Shown here one piece after another: positions 19,001 to 28,929 of a DNA stretch of 64,000 nucleotides. The translations under genes were made by a program, and so were the position numbers. This stretch comes from a virus (taxonomy: Duplodnaviria; Caudoviricetes). Where the stretch lies: the IMG/VR virus record IMGVR_UViG_3300035208_006730. The stretch is one strand, 5' to 3'. Positions within the stretch are counted from its first letter, which is position 1. The number at the start of each line of letters is the position of its first letter. The notes beneath the pieces are model-generated. The model saw nothing but the letters and a program-made list of their open reading frames with translations, had not been told where the DNA came from and did not search any database.

Positions 19001-19133
19001 CGGCCTCATTTAAATACTGTTCTGAGGTATAAAAGTCAGGAGAAGCAATACTGGCTTGAAGAGTACGAGCTAGTCTATCAAGTTTATTTTTAAGTATTGC
19101 AGACTCTTGAGAGCGAAGATATTTGTTAGACAT
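16002..19133 (-). CDS. Virion structural protein with repeated YS(I/V)DxxNG modules
   Basis: YSIDKENGIIYF, YSIDKSGN, YSVDYKNGVIY, YTVNYNEKTI; discoidin-like segment ITDYNPDTWFE...LNLGNPQIINYVRL. Confidence 0.55.
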   Translation of the reverse strand: MSNKYLRSQESAILKNKLDRLARTLQASIASPDFYTSEQYLNEAVKTLSSFYRQLDTPVLDKESLPHVGHSPNADDFNTTFRDLADNLETIFNELENVESLVLANFNSTITGSSRIQARLKKILSLTQDYQLYTGTTRGVTLVRDSFTSTDRIELNSKLLNEDQCRVSTPEGIVTLSIDTAKDSRIKIYNQPTINPNSNGIIGNNYQLDADLHNDISTITDYNPDTWFEYEKVILQSQDNNEPLILDITLNLGNPQIINYVRLNPNNFGQRTSIKIDTIETSLDGKSFISVKDDIPIAGYLTEDEENVFVLAPSSSKYAGQGFFTFTPRKAKYVHFILSQSEAYLIDTSTGVKRRYAIGIRDIEIRSLVFKPIGEVVSQLISLNQPVSKISLQATQSPSGLSTLANISHFVSPDNGITWLPIRPQTDKGLAGLTSEIPEIVNFNNASNNSFDSNIPVLSLRWKAILERDDTAFTSTSEGFYTVSAKQIEFRDQPRIAPHSIKLEKTPIRDSVKLVDPCFGSCGIQRAAYKIGTGQARTQYSLPAWDKIWEKRPTKKEASGNLWKTVLVPDSEWINLIIGNKKWTIATSALTNYSSSDTVYNIDWRMEEGPTLFFGNDTNGQAPKDTDVVSLYFEREKLFPINGVNSPVQLSFPTGAEKKQISIYRYSELKNGAVAITQGTTIVKLPNKNISDITSSMSPYIEQSFINGIDELSGSKYSIDKENGIIYFSSPNTTIKTISYTYTQVDKLKEEDWDWGTVGELNDSVVLKDSAWITVPYNHSLETSGNISSPTKYFELPHQSIVKKSLVIETTGTISPFQEEVPFLNGLDELSNLIYTEEKISSLQNSSYPANVTFSLTENITSDSDATVSFTNSGIFIIEDASLDDVGDYSIDKSGNTVTVRVDQEVTEPGSIFYFYERPSSTTVSGLYSVDYKNGVIYTGTSFSSMDVSSIECRYRYSDFRIDYPIARSVKSSDYTVNYNEKTIVITNYSETATPDQLASLLPARYQISYDYVQETREDVSLLKDYFTPIIKDYSLKIIPQEL

Positions 19134-19134
19134 T

Positions 19135-21105
19135 TTATTCCTCTATCTTACCTGCATCCTGAAGATTAACTGCAAGAAGAAATTCTTTTGTCAGGGGAGA
19201 TAAATTGTCATTTGAACAATTTCTTCTCATGATCACCATTATATAGGAATTCACAGAAGATATCTCACTTATTTTTTTAAACTGAGAAGTTATTACAAGT
19301 TGATCAGTGAAGCTTCTAGCAGATAAATCTCCAATTAAATCAACAAGGAATTGATTCGTTGAACTTTCACTGACCTCTTTTGTTGAAATATTACTTGTAA
19401 TTGGAGTATATGAAACAGTAAAAATATCCCCATCTTTTGGCATTGTAATCAATATTCCAAATTTCATTGGCTTACCACTATTTGGAACATTTTGAGTTAA
19501 AGAAGATTCAGCTGCAGTTAGCGACATCCAACCATCAGAGTCGGTGCTAAGAACTTGGGTTAGCGGATTTGAATCGTTATTTCTGTAAACAATAATATTT
19601 CCAAGAGTTTCATTTGTATAAAAAATAAGCTGACCCGCGTCATTGACTTGTGACGAATTGAAATTATCTGTTAATAGAAGTCTTTCGTGATAAATTCTTT
19701 CTGTTTTCAAAGGTAGAATCGGAACCGTATCTATTGAAACTAAGTTTCCGTTTACGTCGAACAGTTCTCTTATTAACCAATATTCGATACTTCCATAATA
19801 AATATCAGTCGCTGAATATGTTTCGACTTGCTGAATTTGATTCACATCTCCAAGAAGAGATCCTGGTCTAGATTCAGTTGATGTAATACAATAACCTTTT
19901 GAAGGACTATTTACTTTGATAGGGTTTGAAATAAAGATTCCCATATTTTCATATCTATTTAGTCCTACCCATATATTGTCGAATCCAATCTGAAATTTCT
20001 TTCCTGAAAATTTTACTGTATTGACGTTTTCTGTTCCAAGATGTAGAAGGTCAACAACCGCATCGTTGACAACGTCCTTAATTGATAAGTCAGATTCTTC
20101 AACTTGAAAATTTTCCGAAAAACTATTTTCATTGGTAAATACTAATTGGATCTTAGTGGCAATGCTTTTCTTGAGAGAAATTTTTACTCTATGATCTTTT
20201 ACAATTTGGTTAACCGTAATCGTCTCTGGAATACTCGTAGGAGATAATACAATTACATCTGTGAGAACAACTTCAGCTAGAAGTGCTGGTTCAATTTCAA
20301 TGAAGTTTAATAGTTGAGGTCCACCTAAATCTATTTCTATTTTAGTCGTAATACTCGATGGAATTTCTTCTTCAAATAAATATTCAACATTCCAGTAGGT
20401 TCCCTGAGTGCCATCAATAATATTGTGAATGTCGGAATTTTCTGGATTAACCCTTACTCCTGTAGATATTGCTTCATTATCAAAAATCTGACGAATGTCG
20501 GTCAAAGTTAAATAACTTGTTTCACTGGTTGGGAGAGTAAGATATTTCCCAACTTCATCTAAAGATAGATCATATTTGGAAGTAACTGTTTTCTTCGTGC
20601 GCGGATCTAAAAATAGATTTTGTGCTTCAAGACTTCTTCCAAGTCTATTCCCACCTTGACCTAAAAAATTAGAGAATAATGTTCTATCGAATCCTTGTTC
20701 AAAGTTCGTGGCCATTTCATGAACTCTGATTTTCGCTTCTAGATCTGCCAGAGAATGTCTCAAATTTGGAAGAGTCTGATATTTTAGAATCGCCTGATGA
20801 CTTTTCAGAACCGTATTGATTTGATTGGTTTCAAAAAAAGCGATTTCCAAATCATCTTGAATTTTCTCGAGCATAAAGTTATAGGTCTCAATATCAATGG
20901 GATTTCCTTTAATGGCAAGGAATAATCGAAGTAAAGGAGTGATCCTTTTTTGGAATAAATCCTGGATTATACTGTCAATTCCCTTTTTAAAATCGTCGAG
21001 AGATTGGTATTGACCATTTACTTTGTAGTTGTTAACGTCCTTGAGTAGACGATTATATTGATTATTGCTAATTGTCTCATTGAATTTATCTAGATATATT
21101 CCCAT
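19135..21105 (-). CDS. Virion structural protein with discoidin/CBM-like domain
   Basis: NIIDGTQGTYW...IEIDLGGPQLLNFIEIEP; context. Confidence 0.55.
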   Translation of the reverse strand: MGIYLDKFNETISNNQYNRLLKDVNNYKVNGQYQSLDDFKKGIDSIIQDLFQKRITPLLRLFLAIKGNPIDIETYNFMLEKIQDDLEIAFFETNQINTVLKSHQAILKYQTLPNLRHSLADLEAKIRVHEMATNFEQGFDRTLFSNFLGQGGNRLGRSLEAQNLFLDPRTKKTVTSKYDLSLDEVGKYLTLPTSETSYLTLTDIRQIFDNEAISTGVRVNPENSDIHNIIDGTQGTYWNVEYLFEEEIPSSITTKIEIDLGGPQLLNFIEIEPALLAEVVLTDVIVLSPTSIPETITVNQIVKDHRVKISLKKSIATKIQLVFTNENSFSENFQVEESDLSIKDVVNDAVVDLLHLGTENVNTVKFSGKKFQIGFDNIWVGLNRYENMGIFISNPIKVNSPSKGYCITSTESRPGSLLGDVNQIQQVETYSATDIYYGSIEYWLIRELFDVNGNLVSIDTVPILPLKTERIYHERLLLTDNFNSSQVNDAGQLIFYTNETLGNIIVYRNNDSNPLTQVLSTDSDGWMSLTAAESSLTQNVPNSGKPMKFGILITMPKDGDIFTVSYTPITSNISTKEVSESSTNQFLVDLIGDLSARSFTDQLVITSQFKKISEISSVNSYIMVIMRRNCSNDNLSPLTKEFLLAVNLQDAGKIEE

Positions 21106-21106
21106 T

Positions 21107-23218
21107 TTATCCTGCCACAGCTGAGAAGGTAAAAGGATTACTAACTGTCAAATTTTCTTTGACACTTGGACCAACGATTCTTCCTACAATTTCTTCGTCA
21201 TCAGTCAATCCAATAATTCTAAAGTAATATTTTATACCACTCTTAAGTCCAGAAACAGTACAGGAATTAATTCCAGATGGCACTTGAGAATAGGAAGAAT
21301 TTAGATTCCAAGGTCCATCAAGATAAAGGCTTGTATATACATTAAATTCTGTTCCGATCTCGTGACTAGTCCATTCTAGATAGACTCCAGAAGTAGTGGA
21401 TTGCATTTCCGTAATGTATGGATCGATTCCATAGGTTCTAATTACTGGATAAAAACCAAAAGCAGTATGCTTTTCCACAACCTCTCTTATCTCGTTTGAG
21501 TCAAATTCTCCTCCACCTTCAGCAGAGACTTCAAATGGTAATTCAATAAAATAACATCCTGCTCCAGGAAATGGAGTTCCATCAAGTCCAGCAAAATCAT
21601 TGCAGGCTTTGGAGATTTCTTCTCCCTCTACAAATCCTCCACCTTCTTGTCTAACGTCAATTAAATCAATGTTAGATAAGACTGTATGATTGATAATAGA
21701 AACTTCTCCAAGGATTAAATAAACACCTGAGACTGTAACTGAATATTGATCAGTGAAATTAACATACGGACTTAAATACCAATCAGGGGCATTTTTATAG
21801 AATAATGTCTTCCCAATGTCAGGTCCAGAACTAATTAATTCTGTTGTGTTGTTAAAGAAATCAAGATCTGTATAGATGATTCTACCATTTTTATCTGCTA
21901 AAAGCGTATAAACATTTTTTGTTCTTTGAGAAATGTTGTCATCAGGGATAACGCAGGCGATTAACGTTTCATTAATTATTTCGTTATTTTGAGTTGGATT
22001 GAGATTAACTTCTGTAAGGAGTAGATCTGCGCATTCATAGTGGAAAGTACATCGTGCAGAATAAATGGATTGAAGAGTTATTCCCTTGATATCAATAAAT
22101 CCTCCGAGAATATCAACGCTTCTAATTCCATAACTTCCGCCTACAGACAAACATGAATAGCGAATAGAATCAGAACAGACAGTCCCATGAAGAGAAGGAT
22201 CTGTTGTAACCGCCCAAAGAAGGACATCTTCTTCATCATAGATCTTAACTGTGATAAAAAGATCTTCAAAAATATTTCCAAATGAAGTCTTAATTAGATT
22301 AGGATTCAGAATTGTTCCACTTTCATCAATTGCTTTACGATAAGGAACATATGGATTAAATGGTTGTGAATAGATTTCGGCAATGTGATACTTGTATGGA
22401 GTTCCATTAACTGATGTCCAAAAAGTTCCATTGCGCACTCGTGCGTACCAGGGATCATCGCCCTCAGCTTGAATAGGTGGAAGAAGTTGAATCCGAGAAC
22501 TTTCTTTTTTTCGTAGGGCATATTCTCCAGCTACAGCAAATGTAAATACAAAATAACCAGTAGATAATTCGTCTACAAGATAAACTTCAGTTGCTGTAGA
22601 AAGAAGAGTTAGAAATGGAGAAAGATCGGTATAATCCGCTTGAGCAAAAACTGGTTGATTATTAAGAAGGACAGTATAGTTCTTAAAAACGGAAGTTGAT
22701 TCTCTGACGGTGTATTGAAGATAAAAAACTTCGAACGATCCATCTCCAGGAGAATAAGAAGATTCTAGATCATTGTAAAAAATTCCATTATCTAAATCAG
22801 TTAATCGATAAATTGTATCTGTAACAAACATTGTATTATCTAAGAGTTTTAAAGACAATAGTTTATGACCAGCCGTTGGATCAAAATGAGTTGTTGGAAT
22901 TACATGTTTGTAAAAAAGAGGATAAGCATTAATTGATCCAGACTCTTCTGTAAAAATATTTGTGATAAGAACTTTATCAGTATCTGATGAAATTGTAAAA
23001 CTATCTGAGACTTTAGAGTACTCATTCTTATCAAAGATTTTGTTCGAGATGATCTTATCTGCAGAAATATCTGAAACTGCCACATTATCTATAGAATTCA
23101 GCTTATCCATTGAAAGAAAAGAAACAAGAGGATGCTGTGATCCTACTGAAGATTTATATCCAACTGATTCTATTCTTTTATGGATATTAAGAACTATATC
23201 AAAATAAGATACAGACAT
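21107..23218 (-). CDS. Virion structural protein with C-terminal fibronectin type III-like domain
   Basis: VYLEWT...FNVYTS....GPW...TVSGLKSGIKYYFRI; IDVRQEGGG motif. Confidence 0.6.
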   Translation of the reverse strand: MSVSYFDIVLNIHKRIESVGYKSSVGSQHPLVSFLSMDKLNSIDNVAVSDISADKIISNKIFDKNEYSKVSDSFTISSDTDKVLITNIFTEESGSINAYPLFYKHVIPTTHFDPTAGHKLLSLKLLDNTMFVTDTIYRLTDLDNGIFYNDLESSYSPGDGSFEVFYLQYTVRESTSVFKNYTVLLNNQPVFAQADYTDLSPFLTLLSTATEVYLVDELSTGYFVFTFAVAGEYALRKKESSRIQLLPPIQAEGDDPWYARVRNGTFWTSVNGTPYKYHIAEIYSQPFNPYVPYRKAIDESGTILNPNLIKTSFGNIFEDLFITVKIYDEEDVLLWAVTTDPSLHGTVCSDSIRYSCLSVGGSYGIRSVDILGGFIDIKGITLQSIYSARCTFHYECADLLLTEVNLNPTQNNEIINETLIACVIPDDNISQRTKNVYTLLADKNGRIIYTDLDFFNNTTELISSGPDIGKTLFYKNAPDWYLSPYVNFTDQYSVTVSGVYLILGEVSIINHTVLSNIDLIDVRQEGGGFVEGEEISKACNDFAGLDGTPFPGAGCYFIELPFEVSAEGGGEFDSNEIREVVEKHTAFGFYPVIRTYGIDPYITEMQSTTSGVYLEWTSHEIGTEFNVYTSLYLDGPWNLNSSYSQVPSGINSCTVSGLKSGIKYYFRIIGLTDDEEIVGRIVGPSVKENLTVSNPFTFSAVAG

Positions 23219-23227
23219 TTATTTACC

Positions 23228-25900
23228 TTAAGCGTGTGATATTTGTTTCCAGGTTGCAGCAGAAGGATTAGCTACTGTACAGATATGAAATTCTCCATTT
23301 GCCGTTACGTAAAGATCTCCAAGTTGTCCAAAGCCTGGAAGATTATTGTCTGATCCAGGAACAAATCTAATAAGTCCAGTAGCAAGATTCCCTCTAAGAA
23401 TAGCGGCATATCCATGAACAGAAACAGCCCTTAATGCCGCAGAAGTATTTGTTGATGCATCATTGTATGCAGAGATAGCGTCAGAACCAGCTTTTGATTG
23501 TGTTACGTAAACGCTAGTTGCACCACTTGCTGTAACTGATATCGCATTATTTGATACTGCAGTTGAAACTAAAGATATTCCCTTACCTGAACTTGTATCC
23601 AAATCTAAAAGATTTCCGGTTCCAGTACTTCTTACATACATGGTTGCAGCGTTTTGAGCTGTTATATTTAATCCATAACCATCAGTTGAACCTGTACCTC
23701 CAATTGCTGTAATTGCAGAACCACCCTCATTACTCAAACCAGAACCAGTTCCTCCAGTTACATATAATCCAGCTCCTCCAGTTAATCCAGTTCCACCTGT
23801 TAGTTCAAGACCTCTTCCACCAGTTCCCGTTCCACTTCGTGCCCCTCCAAACATAATGTTCTTCCAAGCAGAACCAGAAGATACGCTAGGAGGTAGAACA
23901 TGTAAGAATCCAGTTGGAGCATTTGTTCCAATACCAATTTCACCAGTAGATAAGATAGTAAGTCTTGTTGCGAGTCCAGTTGCTAACTGAAATGTACTAC
24001 TAGAACGAAGACATATTGAACCTAGAAGAGTATCCGTGGTTCCAGTTCCTGCTGCATCTTGACCTGCTGTTGAAACAGGTCCTAGATACAGATTAGAGTA
24101 AGATTCTCCAAATCCTGTACCAATATAAAAATATCTCTTCCAAGTTGGAGAATCTGAATTTACTATTCCTATCTCTTGACCTAATCCAGAAAGATTAACT
24201 AAAAGACTCGAATAGCTAAGAGATACTGCACTAATTTTTGCTCTTTCAGTTACTGAATCTGCTCCTACAGTTAGGTGACAGTCATCAGAACTTCCAGGTC
24301 TATCGATTTGAATAGAGTCAAAATATTTGTCATATTCAATACTGTAACTAGAAGAACCAATACTTCCAAAATAAATTGAATAACTGTCGGCAGTTTGATT
24401 ATTATAAAATGGAACACTAGCTCCTTTGCTAGTTGAGCCAATCAAAAGATCTCCTAAGATGGCATTATTGTAAATATCTCTCATGTATGTATTAGGAGAT
24501 TTAGATCCTGCGCGATGAATGTATCCTAAATGGTCATCAGCTTCCCAGTTTGAGAGATGTAGCTGAACATCCTGACATCCAGTACTAGTTCCATCTGAAA
24601 ATGGGAAAAAAGGCCAAGCTCCAGGTTGATTTACTCCCTGATAGGTTGGGTTCAAAAAGTCTAGATCGTAATGAGCAACGCGCCGAGAAAATCCTGTTTC
24701 AGAAGAATTGTGCTGATGATTTAACATCATCATTTCAAGGAGCATTAATTTTTCAGCATGACTCGTTCCAGTAACAAGAAGACGGATAGTCGACTGATAA
24801 GCTGTAGGAGTTTCCAATGTTGGAGCAGCTGTAGTTCCCGTAGAGTCACAAATAGTATCCAAATCAGTTTGATAAACGGAAGTATAGACTTGAATGCAAT
24901 AGGAATTCTGATTGATCGTTACGCCTGCGTAAGTAGATCCAGTCGGAATACTAAAAACTATTCCATCAAGAACCCGACCGTTCTTTTCTAGTTTAATAAA
25001 TCCATCTGGGATTCTATTCCCAGCAGTAAGATTTGTAACTTGGCTTGGAAAACGATAACGATAGTGAGTTGCAGCTGCAGTACTAACTGGAGCATTAGCT
25101 GATTCTAACCAGAAGAATCTTGGATCTGTTACATTATCTGTACTCGAAAGATTCTCATTTGAGGCGCCAACAACAGGATATTGAAGAGCTCTTTCACTTT
25201 TTAAAGAGAGTCTTTGACGAGGAGGAAGAAAGATATAGTAGTAACCTGCAGTTGCTCCTTTAATTATTTTGCATCCAGTAAATCCTGTAGACTGTTCAAC
25301 TGGAGGTAAAACGTTAGGAGTAAGGTCAAATAGATCTGAGTCAAAAGAAGATGGATGACAAGGCATTGAAGAAGAAAGAATTGAATAAGAAAGATTTGCA
25401 GCCTTAGCCGACATTAGATCGGCAGAAGTAGAATAGAGTCCAAGATATTTATTGGCTCGAGAATCAAAGAACCATGTTCTGCCTGATTGACCGTCAAAAT
25501 TTAAAGGTCCAGTAACAGTTGAAGCTGCAGCTGATACTTTGACATTTGTTGCAGGGAATGGAAGCGGAAGTTCTGTTTTTGAATTGTAAACGGTATCTTG
25601 AGGAGTTCCAACAAGAAGGTTTAATCCAGAGTTAGTAGTCTTATCAAAGATAGGAGAAAGATAATTCGATTCTCCCAAATTCCTTCCTATTGTAGCAATT
25701 TGAAGATGAGCTCTTGTATTGGCAGCGGCTGAAAAAAATTCATCTCCAGCTTGATTCCAAATATCCCCAACTGCACCTTCAATAATCGCCAACCCATTGC
25801 GCGCTTGATCGGCAATAGAGTTTAGTTTATTGGCTACTGGTTGTTCACCATCAATATGGGTAACTCGGATAGGAAATGTCTTCCTGATTTTATCGGTCAT
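23228..25900 (-). CDS. Tail fibre-like protein with Gly-rich repeats
   Basis: RLTILSTGEIGIGTNAPTGFLHV; GLELTGGTG / GLYVTGGTG / AITAIGGTG repeats; C-terminal GQLGDLYV...TWKQI. Confidence 0.7.
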   Translation of the reverse strand: MTDKIRKTFPIRVTHIDGEQPVANKLNSIADQARNGLAIIEGAVGDIWNQAGDEFFSAAANTRAHLQIATIGRNLGESNYLSPIFDKTTNSGLNLLVGTPQDTVYNSKTELPLPFPATNVKVSAAASTVTGPLNFDGQSGRTWFFDSRANKYLGLYSTSADLMSAKAANLSYSILSSSMPCHPSSFDSDLFDLTPNVLPPVEQSTGFTGCKIIKGATAGYYYIFLPPRQRLSLKSERALQYPVVGASNENLSSTDNVTDPRFFWLESANAPVSTAAATHYRYRFPSQVTNLTAGNRIPDGFIKLEKNGRVLDGIVFSIPTGSTYAGVTINQNSYCIQVYTSVYQTDLDTICDSTGTTAAPTLETPTAYQSTIRLLVTGTSHAEKLMLLEMMMLNHQHNSSETGFSRRVAHYDLDFLNPTYQGVNQPGAWPFFPFSDGTSTGCQDVQLHLSNWEADDHLGYIHRAGSKSPNTYMRDIYNNAILGDLLIGSTSKGASVPFYNNQTADSYSIYFGSIGSSSYSIEYDKYFDSIQIDRPGSSDDCHLTVGADSVTERAKISAVSLSYSSLLVNLSGLGQEIGIVNSDSPTWKRYFYIGTGFGESYSNLYLGPVSTAGQDAAGTGTTDTLLGSICLRSSSTFQLATGLATRLTILSTGEIGIGTNAPTGFLHVLPPSVSSGSAWKNIMFGGARSGTGTGGRGLELTGGTGLTGGAGLYVTGGTGSGLSNEGGSAITAIGGTGSTDGYGLNITAQNAATMYVRSTGTGNLLDLDTSSGKGISLVSTAVSNNAISVTASGATSVYVTQSKAGSDAISAYNDASTNTSAALRAVSVHGYAAILRGNLATGLIRFVPGSDNNLPGFGQLGDLYVTANGEFHICTVANPSAATWKQISHA

Positions 25901-25908
25901 TCACCACC

Positions 25909-28900
25909 TCACTGATAAATCCCACTTACTGTATTATGCCATGGATCTAAGAAAACGATACCATTTAAAGCAGAAGCAAGAGTAATTCCAGAAGTTTTTA
26001 ATCTGAACCCAAGAGGTATTACACCTGAAGTAGTTTCAGCTGAAGAAACTTCAACTCTTCCAAGAGTTTCGCTATCAAGACTTCTCGTCCGATCAAAGTA
26101 GTCCTCAGGAGTTTCAGAATTAAACTTGTCAGATTCGATAAGATATTCTTCTTGAAGGTCTAGATCGACAAAAGAGCCACCAGAAATTAAAGAAGCTCTT
26201 TGAGTATTGTATTCTGTTTGATTGAGTGCACGTTGTAAAAGTCCTGACGGTAATGCCGATAAATCATCTGAAATGTAAACGCCATTCATAGAGTCTGGAA
26301 TAGTTATTTCGACAGTAATTTCATTTGAAGAAACCCAAACTCCTCGAGTTTCATTCCACGCTTTAGCTCGAAATTTAACATATCCATTGGTAGCCACAAA
26401 ATAACTTTTGAAATCTCCAGAATTAGTAATGGGATCTAATTCAACATCGTATCTAACAATAGTCGTATCGGAAAGAATTGTGATATTTGAAGGTTGTAAT
26501 ACAGTTACATTTGGAAAAGAACCTGTATGAGGATTAATAACATCTGGTTCTGAACTAGAGGTTAGAACTATCTTTTTAGCCCCAATTGCGATCTCACCAC
26601 TTCCATAGACTGTAGGAGTAGGCAGTTGATTTGCTAAACGATAATTTCCTTCTTCATCTCGCTCTGTTGCAAAATCAGAATAACTAATTTGCTCTTCTAG
26701 AAGGTAGTCCGCATAATAGTCATTCAGCTTATTTACAGGTATTCCAAGAACATCATCTTCTTTAAGAACCTGGTAAAGATAGAGAGGAGAATCAAGAGTT
26801 GCAACTAATCTATCAAAATAAAGATCAGTTGAACCTAGATTGGCTCCAATAATTGCAGTTGCTTTTCCTAAAGAATCAATAGAAGTTGGAGGAGAATAAA
26901 TTGCAAAAGCTTTTCCCTGATAATTTGTAACAGCCGTAATAGATGTTTCGTCTTCTCCAAATGAACCAACTGGAATACCTATCATTTCGAAAATAACTTC
27001 ATGACCTTCTATTAATTCGTCGTCTTCTCCAGTAACATCACAGGTCAAGCGAGAGAAGAGATTTCCTAGCTCAAGAGGTCCAAAAACTCCTAAGGAAGTT
27101 TCTGTTAATTCTGAGGATAAAGTTAGAGATAAAGGTTCTTGATCTTTGTTGCGCAAATGAACAAATCCTTTAGGAGCTATGCCCGTCAAAGGATTAATGT
27201 CAGTTCTAGTCTCTAAGAAATGGTCGGTTGTTTTTTCAACTTCATAATCAACTTGAACTCCACGTTTGTATCTTATCGCAGCTCGATGACCAAGAGAAAG
27301 AAAGTTCTTTGTTTCATAAACACCGCCAAAAGAACGATGTTCAAATGTCGATAAAAATATCGTAGTTGGACTGTCAATATTCATTACGTCTGGAGCTATT
27401 TCTAAATAAACATTTTGAGTAACTACTCCCGAATAAGTAAGAGAACATTCAAACCAATTATAACCAACATCACCACTTGGAATATCATCTACAACCCATT
27501 GAATAGCTTCGCGTGGTTCAACCGTTGTAGAGCTAACTCTAATACCAGAAGAAGTCCATAGATATTCACAGTATCCCAATTGTCCAAGATTAGTAATTCT
27601 AAGTGTTCCAGAAACAGTTAGATCATCTGTGTAAATTTTTATATTATTGCATTCTGATGATGTATCGGAAAATCCTATAAAAAATGAAATTTCATGCATT
27701 ATTCCGCTATTCGAAGCAGTCACATCTCCATAAGCCCAATAATCTTCTGTGAGCCCAAGTGTTGTATCAAAATTAAAAAGATAAACATTAGAACAACCAC
27801 TTGGAGGTAGTATATAATAATCATCTCCCCAGTCTGATGAAGCATCGATTTTTTCATCATTACCAGAACCGCTAGTCCAAGTTAAAGGATCACTTAATTC
27901 GTTTGTATCTGGAGAAGGAGTCGTTGAATCATATTCTTTAAAAGTTCTACTACCAAAAGTTATTTCTCCAATATCAATATCTACTAAACATTCGTATGAG
28001 CTGAGTGTTACTTGATTATCTGTTTGAAGCACTGGTGTCCATTCAGTAATACTCGATTGTACTCCTGAGATTGTTTCCCAGTAGGTATAGATCGATAGAT
28101 TAGAAGAGATGAGTGGCGCAAAATGTGTTTTAAACTTTTGGTTAGCACAACCAGTTCCTGTTCCAAGATATTCATACCAATCCAACAGTCCGCTTACCTC
28201 GGTATCTTCCCAACAATTCCATCGATAGTCGCCATTTAGAATAATCTGAGGAGGCAAAATTCCACTAACAGAAGTGCTCCAATCTAAAATAAATTCAGGT
28301 TCGACCTGCTGAACGTTGGCCCAAATTAAAAGTCCAGTTTCATCTCGAACGTCGAGCATTTCTCCAGAAACAATCGTTCCAGAAAAATCGTCTACTTTTC
28401 TGAATATCTGATCTTCAATAAGAAATCCATTTTCATTTCTAAAATTATGAACAAGGATAGGAATGGTCGGTTTAGGAATTTCACTTAATGTCTTGATTTG
28501 AAAGTTTCCAGTATCTAAAGAATCAGTAAAAAACTCAGTTGCTATACCATCTGAAAATAGATAATGTTCATCTTTATAGATGTAAAAAAAACCATGATTT
28601 ATTTTCGGTAACCATTTTTCAGATTCATTAATTGATTGTTTTTCAAGACTAATTAAAGAAAGATCGTCACCATAACCAATTCCAGATTTCCATTTGGTTT
28701 TATCGGTATTAAAGAGAGATAGATCAAAGATTAAAGGGATAAAAGATTCTTCGTTAACCTCTTCATTTCTTGGCCAAGAAGCAATGTCCCACTTCCATCC
28801 TTCAATTTTGTTTCCTGTTCCAGGATGAGGAACTGAAGTAAACTTCGAATCAAAACCTACAGTTGTATCTATTCCTACAGAATTATAACTGTCTAGAACA

Positions 28901-28929
28901 ATATCAAATCTTTTTAAATAGAGTCCCAT
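25909..28929 (-). CDS. Large acidic baseplate/structural protein with Big-1 (invasin) Ig-like segment
   Basis: LTCDVTGEDDELIEGHEVIFE...TAVTNYQGKAFAIYSPP; GTGCANQKFKT baseplate-like motif. Confidence 0.55.
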   Translation of the reverse strand: MGLYLKRFDIVLDSYNSVGIDTTVGFDSKFTSVPHPGTGNKIEGWKWDIASWPRNEEVNEESFIPLIFDLSLFNTDKTKWKSGIGYGDDLSLISLEKQSINESEKWLPKINHGFFYIYKDEHYLFSDGIATEFFTDSLDTGNFQIKTLSEIPKPTIPILVHNFRNENGFLIEDQIFRKVDDFSGTIVSGEMLDVRDETGLLIWANVQQVEPEFILDWSTSVSGILPPQIILNGDYRWNCWEDTEVSGLLDWYEYLGTGTGCANQKFKTHFAPLISSNLSIYTYWETISGVQSSITEWTPVLQTDNQVTLSSYECLVDIDIGEITFGSRTFKEYDSTTPSPDTNELSDPLTWTSGSGNDEKIDASSDWGDDYYILPPSGCSNVYLFNFDTTLGLTEDYWAYGDVTASNSGIMHEISFFIGFSDTSSECNNIKIYTDDLTVSGTLRITNLGQLGYCEYLWTSSGIRVSSTTVEPREAIQWVVDDIPSGDVGYNWFECSLTYSGVVTQNVYLEIAPDVMNIDSPTTIFLSTFEHRSFGGVYETKNFLSLGHRAAIRYKRGVQVDYEVEKTTDHFLETRTDINPLTGIAPKGFVHLRNKDQEPLSLTLSSELTETSLGVFGPLELGNLFSRLTCDVTGEDDELIEGHEVIFEMIGIPVGSFGEDETSITAVTNYQGKAFAIYSPPTSIDSLGKATAIIGANLGSTDLYFDRLVATLDSPLYLYQVLKEDDVLGIPVNKLNDYYADYLLEEQISYSDFATERDEEGNYRLANQLPTPTVYGSGEIAIGAKKIVLTSSSEPDVINPHTGSFPNVTVLQPSNITILSDTTIVRYDVELDPITNSGDFKSYFVATNGYVKFRAKAWNETRGVWVSSNEITVEITIPDSMNGVYISDDLSALPSGLLQRALNQTEYNTQRASLISGGSFVDLDLQEEYLIESDKFNSETPEDYFDRTRSLDSETLGRVEVSSAETTSGVIPLGFRLKTSGITLASALNGIVFLDPWHNTVSGIYQ

